64,000 nucleotides of DNA from Candidatus Saccharimonadota bacterium. Its GTDB lineage: Bacteria > Patescibacteriota > Saccharimonadia > Saccharimonadales > Saccharimonadaceae. The stretch covers positions 10,272 through 74,271 of the forward strand of contig VGLK01000005.1 in NCBI GenBank assembly GCA_016866755.1, given 5' to 3'. Of this stretch, positions 9,185 to 19,276 are shown piece by piece. The stretch's first letter is position 1. Each line of letters starts with the position of its first letter. A program made the position numbers and the translations under genes. Under the pieces are notes generated by a model. The model was given only the letters and a program-made list of their open reading frames with translations, was not told where the DNA came from and ran no database searches.

Positions 9185-10315
9185 GTTTTCTATATGTTTG
9201 GTGTATTCGTCGCTTACCACTTTGCGTAGCTTGGAAATAAATAAGTTTTTATCAAATCGTTTGGCTTTTCGCTGCAGGGTAGCTGGCAAAAAGGTCATAG
9301 ATTCGGCCTTTTGTATTGCTGCTATTACGGCAGTTTTTGTTTGTTCGCTAAATAAAACGCCACTTTCTCCGTCTTGCACAATATCAAGGGTGCCACCCTT
9401 GTTGTAGGCAATAACGGGTGCGCCCGCAGCTAGCGCCTGTACCTGTACAATGCCAAAATCTTCCTCGGCTGGAAATATGTAGCCTTTTGCAGCATTTAGA
9501 GCCACGGTAACCGCTTCATCTGAGGCGTCACCAAAGCGATCGGTGTAAAACTCTACAGTAGAACCAGCCATAGCGACTAGTCGCTGGTGTTCGCTGCCAT
9601 TACCAAACACCTTTAAGGGAATATTAAGACTGGTAGCTGCTTGAACCGCTAGATCAATGCGCTTATAGGGAACTTGACGACCGAGTGCTATGTAATAATC
9701 TTCGCGCTTGCGCGCCGGCGAAAAACGCTTTACATCAACTGGTGGATAAATCACAGTAGACGGTTTATTGTAATACGTAGCAATACGCTGTTTTACTTCT
9801 TCTGAATTAGCAATAAATACATCTACCTCTTGAGCCGCCTTATAGTCAGCTTTTTTTAATGGGGGAACCATTAGCGGCATTGCAAGGCGTACTAGCGGGT
9901 TAAGTTTTCCGAAACCAGGGTCGCGTTTGTAGTCTTTGTAATGACTCCAATAGTAACGTATTGGCGTGTGGCAATAGCAGATGTGCAGCTGATTTGGGCG
10001 CGTTTTGCGTACCTGTTTACTCTCGGCACTTGAACTTGAAATAATAATGTCGTAGTCGCTTAAATCTAAATTTCGAAAGGCACTTACCCGCTGCATAGGA
10101 AAAAATTTATGAAGTTTTTTAAATGGTTTTGGTAAATTTTGCAGATGCGTAGTGCGCACGTCGAGTGTTTTAAATGCTGGCATGGTTTCGGGCGTGTAGG
10201 TGCTGGTAAAAATTGGCGCGCCCGGAAAAGCTTCGGCAAGCGCAAGTACAACATCTTCGGCGCCACCCATGTTTGTAAGCCAATCGGCAACAATAGCAAC
10301 TTTAGGTGCAGGCAT
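9179..10315 (-). CDS. glycosyltransferase family 4
   Basis: 378 aa; EDFGIVQVQALAAGAPVIAYNKGGTLDIVQDG signature. Confidence 0.85.
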   Translation of the reverse strand: MPAPKVAIVADWLTNMGGAEDVVLALAEAFPGAPIFTSTYTPETMPAFKTLDVRTTHLQNLPKPFKKLHKFFPMQRVSAFRNLDLSDYDIIISSSSAESKQVRKTRPNQLHICYCHTPIRYYWSHYKDYKRDPGFGKLNPLVRLAMPLMVPPLKKADYKAAQEVDVFIANSEEVKQRIATYYNKPSTVIYPPVDVKRFSPARKREDYYIALGRQVPYKRIDLAVQAATSLNIPLKVFGNGSEHQRLVAMAGSTVEFYTDRFGDASDEAVTVALNAAKGYIFPAEEDFGIVQVQALAAGAPVIAYNKGGTLDIVQDGESGVLFSEQTKTAVIAAIQKAESMTFLPATLQRKAKRFDKNLFISKLRKVVSDEYTKHIENL

Positions 10316-10317
10316 AG

Positions 10318-11763
10318 TTAGCGCGCCCCTCGCCTAAACACTACAACGGCAATGGTTTTAAATAAAATTTTTATATCGAGCCAAAAGCTCCAGTTCCGAG
10401 CGTAAAATAACTCTAATTCAATTCGCTCTTCGAAAGATAAATTGCTACGCCCAGAGACTTGCCACAACCCAGTAACGCCAGATTTAACACTATGAAGCAA
10501 TGCCGTTCGGGTGCGTGAAAAGTTTACTTCTTGCGGTAGGATTGGCCGCGGACCAACCAGACTTAAATCACCACGTAGTACATTAAAGAACTGCGGTAAT
10601 TCATCAAGTGATGTTTTACGAAGAAAAGCACCGAAACGAGTAATTCGTGGATCTTTACTTACCTTATGGTGTTTTTTATACTCTTTTGCAAGGTCGGCTC
10701 GCCCAATCTCTTTAAACTCTTCCGCGGCATCTTTTTTACCGTAACGAGCATCCATGCTGCGAAATTTAACTAAATTTATAGGTTTAGAAAACTGACTGAG
10801 TCGCTTACTGGTGTAAAACACTGGGCCAGGATTAAAAAGTTTTTGCAGAACAATAAGAACGATGAACAATGGCGAAAGAAGCGTGATGCCTATCACGGCA
10901 GCTATGCGATCGAAGACCTCTTTTACGATTGCTCCCCAGCCAATAAGCGGAGTCTGACTTACGGTGATCATTGGGTAGCCCAAAAAAACATCGACGGTAT
11001 TTTTGCCGGTATAAAACTCAGGCTCACCCGGAATAAAACTATATTCAATATGATGAACCTGCGCGGCTGTAAGTATTTGCTGATTACGTTCTTCCGAATC
11101 GTAGAGGTCGGTTTGAATGATAGTTGATATTCGTTGTGACTCTATATCGCTCAGTGCTGGAGTGACGGATTTGTAATGGGTTACTGTGTGTGATTTTGGT
11201 GTAAACTTTTTAGGGCCGGCTACTGCAATAATTTTGTAACCGCTTCGGGCGGTGTCGGCTAAGGCTTCGGCAATATCTAATGTAGCCTCACTGGTGCCAA
11301 TAAGTAGCACCCGACGCACGCCAATTCCGTAGCGAAACAATGCACCTCGCAAAATTCGTAACACCTCGCGCTCAAAAATGGTAAGCAATAAGGTGGCGAT
11401 AAAGGCATAGAGTGCGACGAGTCGAGCGGGGAAAAGACGAGCTTCGGATACGTATTCTACGCCAATCACTAAAAGCACACCAATAAATACACCAATACCA
11501 ATTTTTGCCCATTCTACCAAGCGGCGATTATAAGTGCTTGAGCGATACAAGCCCAAGGTAGCGAAGATCAAAATCCAGATTGGTGTAATAAGCAGAAACG
11601 ACAGGAAATATTCAACAGCGTAAACTTCTGCAAGGAGTGGTCGGGGGTCGTACTGCACGCGCAAAATGTAGGCTGCGGTGAATGCCAGCATAAGTGTAAA
11701 AATGTCGGCAAATATAAGAATAACACTGTAAAACTTGGAGTTTCTGGTTGGCATATATGACAA
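10318..11763 (-). CDS. polyprenyl-phosphate sugar-phosphotransferase (WbaP/EpsL-type priming enzyme)
   Basis: N-terminal TM block, central Rossmann-like region, C-terminal [21 protein letters not shown] bacterial sugar transferase motif. Confidence 0.9.
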   Translation of the reverse strand: MSYMPTRNSKFYSVILIFADIFTLMLAFTAAYILRVQYDPRPLLAEVYAVEYFLSFLLITPIWILIFATLGLYRSSTYNRRLVEWAKIGIGVFIGVLLVIGVEYVSEARLFPARLVALYAFIATLLLTIFEREVLRILRGALFRYGIGVRRVLLIGTSEATLDIAEALADTARSGYKIIAVAGPKKFTPKSHTVTHYKSVTPALSDIESQRISTIIQTDLYDSEERNQQILTAAQVHHIEYSFIPGEPEFYTGKNTVDVFLGYPMITVSQTPLIGWGAIVKEVFDRIAAVIGITLLSPLFIVLIVLQKLFNPGPVFYTSKRLSQFSKPINLVKFRSMDARYGKKDAAEEFKEIGRADLAKEYKKHHKVSKDPRITRFGAFLRKTSLDELPQFFNVLRGDLSLVGPRPILPQEVNFSRTRTALLHSVKSGVTGLWQVSGRSNLSFEERIELELFYARNWSFWLDIKILFKTIAVVVFRRGAR

Positions 11764-11791
11764 TTATACCACTGTTTTACGCTTAACTAGA

Positions 11792-12262
11792 CTAGTTTGA
11801 GCAGTTGTAAAATGGGATCATAATTGTTGCAATACCTTTATTAGAGGTACCTGCGGTAACGCTATCTCTGTTAGAGCACTGTGCCGCCTGAGTTGAGCCT
11901 TCGCCTTCATTTTCATCAATGCCGTACGGGTCACCCCAAGGGTTGCCGTCTTTAATGCTGTCAAGATTGGTTTGACTAGCTGCAGCAATACGATCGATGC
12001 TTAAAACGTAGCGGGCTGGGTCGGTTGAGCAGCGCGTGCAGTTAGATCCGGTAATAGAATAGAGTGTTCTATCGGTGTTAAGTCTGGCGGTGTGAATAGC
12101 TTTTATAAACATGTTTAATTCGCTATTGGCTTGTGAAACCTTTGCTCGTTCCTGAATGCCGTTATAGGCAACTACAGTAATTGCCGCCAGAATGGCAATA
12201 ACAACAATAACAATAAGTAGCTCTACAATAGTAAAGCCGCGTGGTGAATGGGGCTTGTTCAT
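11792..12262 (-). CDS. type IV pilin-like protein (prepilin N-terminal methylation domain)
   Basis: RGFTIVELLIVIVVIAILAAITVVAYNGIQ; start placed at internal ATG 12262 (MNKPHSPRGF). Confidence 0.85.
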   Translation of the reverse strand: MNKPHSPRGFTIVELLIVIVVIAILAAITVVAYNGIQERAKVSQANSELNMFIKAIHTARLNTDRTLYSITGSNCTRCSTDPARYVLSIDRIAAASQTNLDSIKDGNPWGDPYGIDENEGEGSTQAAQCSNRDSVTAGTSNKGIATIMIPFYNCSN

Positions 12263-12282
12263 GTGCTTAGTATAGCATAAGC

Positions 12283-12813
12283 CTAATTGCCACCGGCCCA
12301 ACTTCGCCATGGTCCGGTACTGGTGTCGGTTTGAGAGTAGCCAGCCTGCTGCCAGCCCATCTCACTGTTTACAATACTATTACAGTTAATGCCAGTCGGG
12401 TTCCAGCTGGTCGCTCCCGTGTATTGCTGCGGGCCACTATTATGAGTTATATAATAAATATTTCCAGAAATACTGAGAGCTACTACTGCGTAGCGTATGC
12501 GTCCACTGTTGCGGCAATACCATAAATTTCCTTCGGTGGTAGGCGAGGTAGCGTACGATTTTTTACTCGCTTTAAAATTAAAAGCCTCTAGTTCGGCAAC
12601 CGAATTTGCGCCCGCCGGGTACAGGTCGTTTTCTGCCTTGTACATCTCAATTTTAGTGCGCAGCGTACGAAGATCACTCTGCACTGCCGTATCATTAGCC
12701 CTATTTTGAATGCCATTATACGCAACAATCGTAATGGCCGCTAAAATGGCAATTACCACAATTACAATAAGCAGTTCAACAATGGTAAAGCCACGCGATT
12801 GTATATTTTTCAT
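12283..12813 (-). CDS. type IV pilin-like protein (subfamily with NRANDTAVQSDLR)
   Basis: SRGFTIVELL class III signal; start at ATG 12813 (MKNIQSRGF). Confidence 0.85.
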   Translation of the reverse strand: MKNIQSRGFTIVELLIVIVVIAILAAITIVAYNGIQNRANDTAVQSDLRTLRTKIEMYKAENDLYPAGANSVAELEAFNFKASKKSYATSPTTEGNLWYCRNSGRIRYAVVALSISGNIYYITHNSGPQQYTGATSWNPTGINCNSIVNSEMGWQQAGYSQTDTSTGPWRSWAGGN

Positions 12814-12817
12814 GAGC

Positions 12818-13429
12818 TTAAGCTCCATTTGGTGGTGTTTCGTTACAGCCAGTTATATTTGAGAGTGTGTAGGAATGTTTGTAATAATCCCAGTTAATGT
12901 TATAAGTTCCCGATGATGCGCCACCAATGTTGGTGTGGTTGCAAATATAAAACTGCGAGCTTAACGAAGCTTCTCGAAAGCCAAGACGACGATATAGGGT
13001 ATTGGTCTGTGGTTCACCGGATACCATATTCCATGCAGAAACTACATAATTAGTGCCATCGCTTGCATAAATATAACAACCACCCCGCGAACTCACACCG
13101 CTTGGGAGCGTGTGACTTTGTGGTAAGGATATGTCTGCTGCTAAATCTGGTACCCAATTGGCAGTGCGGTTAGTGCCTGGTATGTTGCAGTTAGCATCAG
13201 TTAAAGTAGTGTTAAGCCCACCCGTAGATGGATAGCTGCCGTTTTCAGAGGCGTAAAGCTGCACAAGTTTATGAACGCGATTAAGCTCTGATTGCACCTT
13301 AGAATTATGGGCGCGATCTTGAATGCCATTATACGCAACAATCGTAATGGCGGCCAAAATAGCAATGACCACAATGACAATTAGAAGTTCTACGATGGTA
13401 AAGCCAGTGCGTGAAGTAGAATTTTTCAT
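12818..13429 (-). CDS. type IV pilin-like protein
   Basis: RTGFTIVELL; start at ATG 13429 (MKNSTSRTGF), 1 nt after the upstream stop. Confidence 0.85.
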   Translation of the reverse strand: MKNSTSRTGFTIVELLIVIVVIAILAAITIVAYNGIQDRAHNSKVQSELNRVHKLVQLYASENGSYPSTGGLNTTLTDANCNIPGTNRTANWVPDLAADISLPQSHTLPSGVSSRGGCYIYASDGTNYVVSAWNMVSGEPQTNTLYRRLGFREASLSSQFYICNHTNIGGASSGTYNINWDYYKHSYTLSNITGCNETPPNGA

Positions 13430-13430
13430 A

Positions 13431-13976
13431 TTATATTGCTGGCAATCCCGTATGACAGCCAGTTGTTTCTGTGTCGAATATACGATTAATTTGTCGCAAC
13501 CCCGAACCCACGTCGCAGCTGACATTGCCTTTTAGGTAGTACATTATTTCTGCCGAAGTACCGTCACTGTTTCCATGAAACCAAGCACCGCTATAGCTGT
13601 CGCCTCGACATGTCATTCGTTGGGCGCTCGGCTCTGGTACTTGGCCGTTAAAGATAGTTTTCATCTCGTCTTCAAACCCTATTTGGCTGCCAGCGCCACC
13701 GCCGATACACATGTTTGAGGTGTTTGAGGTTCGTTTACCGCAAGAAGTGGGATGCTTACCTAGGCAGGGCCAGCCGGCGAATTTTGGATAATGTCCATTT
13801 TGCGCCTGATACGACATGATGGCTGTTGCATATGAACGAACCGCCGACATTGTTTTGGTGTTTTCGGCGCGGGTTTGTATACCATTATAAGCCACAATAG
13901 TAATGGCGGCTAGAATGGCAATTACCACAATTACAATTAGAAGTTCGACGATGGTAAAGCCTTTGTTTTTAACCAT
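13431..13976 (-). CDS. type IV pilin-like protein (CLG subfamily)
   Basis: MVKNKGFTIVELL. Confidence 0.9.
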   Translation of the reverse strand: MVKNKGFTIVELLIVIVVIAILAAITIVAYNGIQTRAENTKTMSAVRSYATAIMSYQAQNGHYPKFAGWPCLGKHPTSCGKRTSNTSNMCIGGGAGSQIGFEDEMKTIFNGQVPEPSAQRMTCRGDSYSGAWFHGNSDGTSAEIMYYLKGNVSCDVGSGLRQINRIFDTETTGCHTGLPAI

Positions 13977-14143
13977 AAGTACTTTAAATAGTAACTCAAA
14001 CCGACTATTTGTTCAAATGCTAAAGCCCTATTACTCTATGTTTGCTACGGTGAATTGCTGCCGATAGAACGGAACTAACCCAAGGCAATTACTGTGTGCA
14101 AGCCGCGCGGTCGCGGCAGTACGGTTAGTAAAAAATATCTACT

Positions 14144-14650
14144 TTATGAGCTTGCATGGATATAATTAAATGGTTCGCCATCAAAGGTGAAGGTAGAAGC
14201 CGAGCTGCCCTCAAGATTGCCGATAATTACGTAGTCGCTGTGGTTGCCGCCAGTAATACTTAACCCATCGCTCGATTTTCTCATTCCTCGTGCGTACACA
14301 TAGCGGTACGTGCCATCGTTGATTGGATCGGTCGGCAGCGTAGCATTACCAAGGTATTGAGAGATATTGCGCAAACTATTGAGCGACTCGCAACCGGAGG
14401 CGACGTTGCTACGGGCGTGATAGCAACCACTCGTGGTAGTTGGCGGTGCGCCATTATCGGCAACATAAAGCTTTACATAGCGCTCAATTGATGCCATTTC
14501 ACTCACACGTTCGCTATTACGGGCGCGCTGCTGTATACCGTTATAGGCCACAATTGTAATGGCGGCTAGAATGGCGATGACAACGATGACAATAAGGAGC
14601 TCAACGATAGTAAAGCCACGTAACTGCATAGATTTTCGGGGAGAATTCAT
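14144..14650 (-). CDS. type IV pilin-like protein
   Basis: LRGFTIVELL; ATG 14650 overlaps the upstream TAA by 1 nt (TAATG); protein ends in Ser-Ser. Confidence 0.85.
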   Translation of the reverse strand: MNSPRKSMQLRGFTIVELLIVIVVIAILAAITIVAYNGIQQRARNSERVSEMASIERYVKLYVADNGAPPTTTSGCYHARSNVASGCESLNSLRNISQYLGNATLPTDPINDGTYRYVYARGMRKSSDGLSITGGNHSDYVIIGNLEGSSASTFTFDGEPFNYIHASS

Positions 14651-15120
14651 TATAAGTTTACGCCTCCGGCCGACCACACACCCCATCCTCTACCGGGTCG
14701 ACGAGTATCAAGACTAGGGTGTGATTTCTCTATTTCAGGAAATTGCTCAGCCAGATTTACGAGGCGAACTACCTTATATTCTGTGCCGCCGGTTGTCCAT
14801 ATATAAGCATAATAACTATTTGGGGCGTTCGGTAGAGGGGTTCGCGGTAAATAATTGCTACCAAGCATGGCACCTATATTGGTATTTGTTGTACTGCCAG
14901 CACCTACGCCGTTATGCGGGTAATGTCCGTTGTCTGCGTGGTACATTTTTATAGCCGTATCAATATTTTTAATATCTGACTGCATTGAACTATATCGTGC
15001 TCGTTCTTGAATACCATTATAAGCCACAATCGTAATCGCCGCCAAAATGGCAATCACTACAATTACAATAAGTAATTCAACGATAGTAAAGCCGGGCGAC
15101 CGCTTAAGAGTAATAACCAT
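14650..15120 (-). CDS. type IV pilin-like protein
   Basis: SPGFTIVELL. Confidence 0.9.
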   Translation of the reverse strand: MVITLKRSPGFTIVELLIVIVVIAILAAITIVAYNGIQERARYSSMQSDIKNIDTAIKMYHADNGHYPHNGVGAGSTTNTNIGAMLGSNYLPRTPLPNAPNSYYAYIWTTGGTEYKVVRLVNLAEQFPEIEKSHPSLDTRRPGRGWGVWSAGGVNL

Positions 15121-15130
15121 AAGTATTTTA

Positions 15131-15160
15131 AGTATACCCGATCGCGCAGCGCTTTATCAA
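15131..15160 (-). promoter_or_regulatory. sigma70-like promoter for pilin gene 14650..15120
   Basis: Minus strand TTGATA-18 nt-TATACT; -10 ends 10 nt before the ATG; no SD in between. Confidence 0.45.
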
Positions 15161-15170
15161 GGTAGGGGTA

Positions 15171-15671
15171 TTAAACGTTAAACGACCAAATTTGATTATT
15201 AGATTCGGGAAGGGCGATACTACAGGCTCGTGTACCGGTACCGGTACTTGCTACAGAGGTGTCGTAGGTTATTTCTATTAAGCCACGAGACGAAGTGAGA
15301 GCCTGTAGTGTGTCGCCGTTTGCAACTGACGTGCTTGGAGTAAGTGGATCGAAGGCAATAATAGCAAACTGAGAATTATTTGCGCCATTATAGCAAAACG
15401 AGAATACTTTTTGGCGAGTAGACGTCGCCTGATACATGCCAGACTCTTGCAGTATAGAAGTAATTGTTGAGGTATTGAGCGGCACGCTGTCGGCTGTTTT
15501 AAGGCGAACAAGTTGCGACAGATTACGTAAATCTGATTGGACTGCTGCAGTACGACTGCGCTCTTGAATACCGTTATACGCCACAATTGTAATCGCCGCC
15601 AAAATGGTAATCACTACAATCACAATTAACAATTCAACGATGGTAAAGCCGCCGAGGCGCCTATGCGTCAT
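15171..15671 (-). CDS. type IV pilin-like protein
   Basis: LGGFTIVELL; ATG 15671 in an ATGA overlap with the upstream stop. Confidence 0.85.
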   Translation of the reverse strand: MTHRRLGGFTIVELLIVIVVITILAAITIVAYNGIQERSRTAAVQSDLRNLSQLVRLKTADSVPLNTSTITSILQESGMYQATSTRQKVFSFCYNGANNSQFAIIAFDPLTPSTSVANGDTLQALTSSRGLIEITYDTSVASTGTGTRACSIALPESNNQIWSFNV

Positions 15672-16210
15672 CGTAAATCTCCTAAGAAAATATAACACAC
15701 AGTTGTAACTGTAGAGCGGTTGGTGTGGTCAGCTCCAGAAAGTGTCATTTCGTGCCAAGGTAAACTAAGAACATTCGGAAGTCCGCACGGTTGGCTAGCA
15801 TCGACCCCATATACAAGCACCTGGTAATCGCCAAACCAGTTTCCGTGGTAGTATAATCCACCATTATTCCATTTTGGGTTCATTCGTGTCGATGAGCTAG
15901 CGCCAGCCTGGGCTAATCTTTCGTTCAGGTCGTTATTGACACTACCGGTCGAACCGTTAAATGTACAGTTACCACCCGAATATACAGCTGGATCGCCAAG
16001 ACAATGTGCACCAGAGGGTAGAGACCCTTCTTGCTGCAGTAACTTAAAAGCAGTAACAAATGAACGTGCATGAGCAACATTTTTAGCCGTTTCGGCCCGC
16101 GTTTGAATACCGTTATAAGCCACAATTGTAATCGCCGCCAAAATGGCAATGACTACAATCACAATAAGTAATTCAACGATTGTAAACCCGAGTTTAAGTT
16201 TTATTTTCAT
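15668..16210 (-). CDS. type IV pilin-like protein (CLG subfamily)
   Basis: KLGFTIVELL. Confidence 0.9.
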   Translation of the reverse strand: MKIKLKLGFTIVELLIVIVVIAILAAITIVAYNGIQTRAETAKNVAHARSFVTAFKLLQQEGSLPSGAHCLGDPAVYSGGNCTFNGSTGSVNNDLNERLAQAGASSSTRMNPKWNNGGLYYHGNWFGDYQVLVYGVDASQPCGLPNVLSLPWHEMTLSGADHTNRSTVTTVCYIFLGDLR

Positions 16211-16245
16211 AACGTATTATAATTTTAGCATAAGCAGTATGCTTA

Positions 16246-16767
16246 CTACAGGTTCGCAAATCGATACACGCACTGAGTAACTAAGCCGCCTTCGTTGGCC
16301 GAGGTGCTGCCAGGTAGACAGGGTTGATCAGTACCTTTTAGATAATAAATTATTCGCTCACCCCCACTGTTTTGATACATTGCACCTGCACGCATATTAT
16401 CACCAATACCAATTGAAAAGCGGCTTGTAGCGAGCGTTGGCTTACTGGTAAGTACCTGAGAAATTTGGGTATCTAAGCTAGCATTGACTGAAATATTGCC
16501 GCTTGTACCAGCCCAGCACTGATTACCTGGATACCCGGCGCCAAGACAGCCTAAGTGTGATGGGTAACTTGAATTAAGGGTTGCGTATTGTTGAATGGCG
16601 GTAATATAGGTGCGTACGCCAGCGGTTACCTGTGAGTTGGTTGCTCGATTTTGTATGCCGTTATACGCCACAATTGTAATGGCCGCCAAAATGGCAATTA
16701 CTACAATTACGATTAACAATTCAACAATGGTAAAACCGCGAGATGTTGCTGTATTTATTTTAAGCAT
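16246..16767 (-). CDS. type IV pilin-like protein (CLG subfamily)
   Basis: SRGFTIVELL. Confidence 0.9.
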   Translation of the reverse strand: MLKINTATSRGFTIVELLIVIVVIAILAAITIVAYNGIQNRATNSQVTAGVRTYITAIQQYATLNSSYPSHLGCLGAGYPGNQCWAGTSGNISVNASLDTQISQVLTSKPTLATSRFSIGIGDNMRAGAMYQNSGGERIIYYLKGTDQPCLPGSTSANEGGLVTQCVYRFANL

Positions 16768-16777
16768 AAGTAATTTA

Positions 16778-16806
16778 AGTATAATTCACAATGTGTTCAC
16801 CAGCAA
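16778..16806 (-). promoter_or_regulatory. sigma70-like promoter for pilin gene 16246..16767
   Basis: Minus strand TTGCTG-17 nt-TATACT; -10 ends 10 nt before the ATG. Confidence 0.5.
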
Positions 16807-16821
16807 GTTGAGGCATGATTT

Positions 16822-17340
16822 TTAAACACTAGGTAGGTAGATACGACAAAAAATATCATCGCCGTAAACGGCGCGACTCATAAATCGGGCACCTGCAATA
16901 GAAGGACAATCTCCCGAGCCTTGGATTAAAAAGCCAATATAGTTACCGCTTTGGTAGTAAAATATTCCTCGCGCTACACTGGCGCCATTAACAGCAGAAT
17001 TCATTGGTACAGTTGGCGGCGAAGAGACATAGGGTCGCAGAGCATTCTCGAGCGCTGAATTGTAGTTGTATGTTCCCGCACCTACGTAGCATGGCTGAGA
17101 ATTATAGGCTGATTCTGCACCAAGGCAGCTATTAAATGCCGGCAAGCTACCATTGTCAACACCATAGGATTGTAGTGCGGTGTAGTAAGTGCGAACGGCT
17201 GTGGTCATTTGTTGATTAGCTGCTCGCTCTTGAATACCATTGTAGGCCACAATCGTAATGGCCGCCAAAATGGCAATTACTACAATTACAATTAGTAACT
17301 CTACGATAGTAAAACCAGATTGTTTTTTCAATAAACTCAT
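16822..17340 (-). CDS. type IV pilin-like protein (CLG subfamily)
   Basis: QSGFTIVELL. Confidence 0.9.
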   Translation of the reverse strand: MSLLKKQSGFTIVELLIVIVVIAILAAITIVAYNGIQERAANQQMTTAVRTYYTALQSYGVDNGSLPAFNSCLGAESAYNSQPCYVGAGTYNYNSALENALRPYVSSPPTVPMNSAVNGASVARGIFYYQSGNYIGFLIQGSGDCPSIAGARFMSRAVYGDDIFCRIYLPSV

Positions 17341-17348
17341 CTAGTACA

Positions 17349-17376
17349 AGTATACAGATTGATTAAGCATAAGCAA
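17349..17376 (-). promoter_or_regulatory. sigma70-like promoter for pilin gene 16822..17340
   Basis: Minus strand TTGCTT-16 nt-TATACT; -10 ends 8 nt before the ATG. Confidence 0.45.
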
Positions 17377-17378
17377 AA

Positions 17379-17978
17379 TTATAGGGTTGCCGGATTGGGC
17401 AGTATAACGCGGCAAAGGGAGGTACCCGAGGTTTGCTCTGTCCAGCCATTTTGCGTAGGAGAGCTGGTGGCTGCCGACCATGAACCACCACTCAGGCCGC
17501 TTAAGGTGCAGCTTGCGTTATGGGAAAGTACATAAATTAGATACCAACTATGTGGTTGTTCATCGAGTGGGACATTTGAAGCGGAGTAAGAAGCACTAAT
17601 GCGACAGCCCGTATACATTGGCAGGCAGCGGGTTGAAGGTGCTGGATAGCTGCCACCCAGAAACGGTCGCAGCCGTGCCATAAAGTCGTCATCTACTGTA
17701 CCACCGTAACAGTTAGCGCTATAAACGGTAGAATCGCCAAGACAAACTGATTTTCGGTTAGTGCCATCTGGATAGCTTCCGTTTTCGATTGCGTACTGAA
17801 TAAGAGCTTTTCGATACGCATTAACTGCAGATTCGGTTTTAGCGTTCTCGGCTCTCCCTTGAATACCATTGTAGGCCACAATTGTAATCGCCGCCAAAAT
17901 TGCAATGACTACAATTACGATTAGTAGCTCGACAATTGTAAAGCCGCGCCGATTAGTAGTGGAGGTTATGGTAGCCAT
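17379..17978 (-). CDS. type IV pilin-like protein (CLG subfamily)
   Basis: RRGFTIVELL. Confidence 0.9.
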   Translation of the reverse strand: MATITSTTNRRGFTIVELLIVIVVIAILAAITIVAYNGIQGRAENAKTESAVNAYRKALIQYAIENGSYPDGTNRKSVCLGDSTVYSANCYGGTVDDDFMARLRPFLGGSYPAPSTRCLPMYTGCRISASYSASNVPLDEQPHSWYLIYVLSHNASCTLSGLSGGSWSAATSSPTQNGWTEQTSGTSLCRVILPNPATL

Positions 17979-18502
17979 GGTGCCCAGTTGTTATTTAAGT
18001 ATAAAATATCGCGATCGGTACTAGCGGCTTGTGGTATGCCGGCATTATTGCAGATAGTGTGTGAATAATCGTGATGCCAAGCCGAGGCTTCTGTATAGGC
18101 TCCGGTGGCAGAAGAGTAGGTAAAGACAGTACCAGATTTACTAGAGGCAAGTAGAGCAAATTGTGTTGGCGGCGTATCAACGGCAACACGGCAGTAGATA
18201 AGATTGTGTATACCGCCAGCAAACCCACTACCGTAGGCATTTCTTGAAACACGCAGATCTAGGTTAGAAAGCTGAGCAGTGCCTGCTGGATACACCTGAT
18301 GTTCGGCACGATAAAGTTCAAATTTCTTTACAATTGCAGCCATGTCAGCCTTTACTGAGGTATCGTTGGCTCGATTCTGTATACCGTTGTAGGCCACAAT
18401 TGTAATCGCCGCCAAAATGGCAATGACTACAATTACGATTAACAATTCAACGATGGTAAAGCCACGCTGCCGCAAGTGTGAGATGGTTTTGTTTACGCTC
18501 AT
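17966..18502 (-). CDS. type IV pilin-like protein (NRANDT subfamily)
   Basis: QRGFTIVELL. Confidence 0.9.
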   Translation of the reverse strand: MSVNKTISHLRQRGFTIVELLIVIVVIAILAAITIVAYNGIQNRANDTSVKADMAAIVKKFELYRAEHQVYPAGTAQLSNLDLRVSRNAYGSGFAGGIHNLIYCRVAVDTPPTQFALLASSKSGTVFTYSSATGAYTEASAWHHDYSHTICNNAGIPQAASTDRDILYLNNNWAPWLP

Positions 18503-18504
18503 GG

Positions 18505-19272
18505 CTATTGCTCCTTTTTTCCAACAATAATTACATCGTCTATAAGGCCGTTAAAATTACTGGCAGTTCGATGAGCACCAATATTAACACCAGACTCTAC
18601 TGGGTTTAAAGCAGGATGTCCGGTTGATTCGCGTATTTTTTTGCCGTCAAGAAACAGGCTGTAGGTACCATTATCAAATTCCACTGCCACATGATACCAA
18701 GTGTTTAATTTTAGTGTTTCGCTTGAACTAATGCGACCATAACTACCATTGTGACCGGCAAAAATACGCGGTTGACAGTTTGATGCAGGTGAAGTTGGAA
18801 TGTAGAATGGCGAGTCTTGGCCACCAGTGTCAGGACTAGAGATAATATTATTGTTAGCATCACAGCGGGTGAGATTAATCCAGGCTGCCTTGAGGTAGTA
18901 ATTTTCACCTAGTGTGGCGTTAGTGCGAATACGGGTTGAGCCATTAAACTGGCCGGCACAGCCGCTGCCTGTGGGAGTGTTACTTGACCACTCAAGAGTG
19001 CCGACTATATTGCTAGTTATCTGGCTACTCGCGTTGTTGGCCGCGGTTGTACCGCTACATTCATCAAATGACCATACTCCGTCGGCAGACAGTAAATGTT
19101 TCTTTTTTAGCTGTGAGGCAAACGCCGTAGCCGAAGCCACGCGTGCCCGTTCTTGTATTCCGTTATAAGCGATAATTGTAATGGCCGCCAAAATTGCAAT
19201 GACTACAATTACAATTAGTAGCTCGACAATTGTAAATCCACGCTGAGTAAAAGAACGCTGTGAATAATTCAT
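18505..19272 (-). CDS. modular type IV pilin-like protein with C-terminal LamG/concanavalin-A-like module
   Basis: QRGFTIVELL N-terminus, plus NTWYHVAVEFDNGTYSLFLDGKK and FNGLIDDVIIV, typical of the Laminin_G_3 jelly-roll. Confidence 0.8.
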   Translation of the reverse strand: MNYSQRSFTQRGFTIVELLIVIVVIAILAAITIIAYNGIQERARVASATAFASQLKKKHLLSADGVWSFDECSGTTAANNASSQITSNIVGTLEWSSNTPTGSGCAGQFNGSTRIRTNATLGENYYLKAAWINLTRCDANNNIISSPDTGGQDSPFYIPTSPASNCQPRIFAGHNGSYGRISSSETLKLNTWYHVAVEFDNGTYSLFLDGKKIRESTGHPALNPVESGVNIGAHRTASNFNGLIDDVIIVGKKEQ

Positions 19273-19276
19273 AAGA

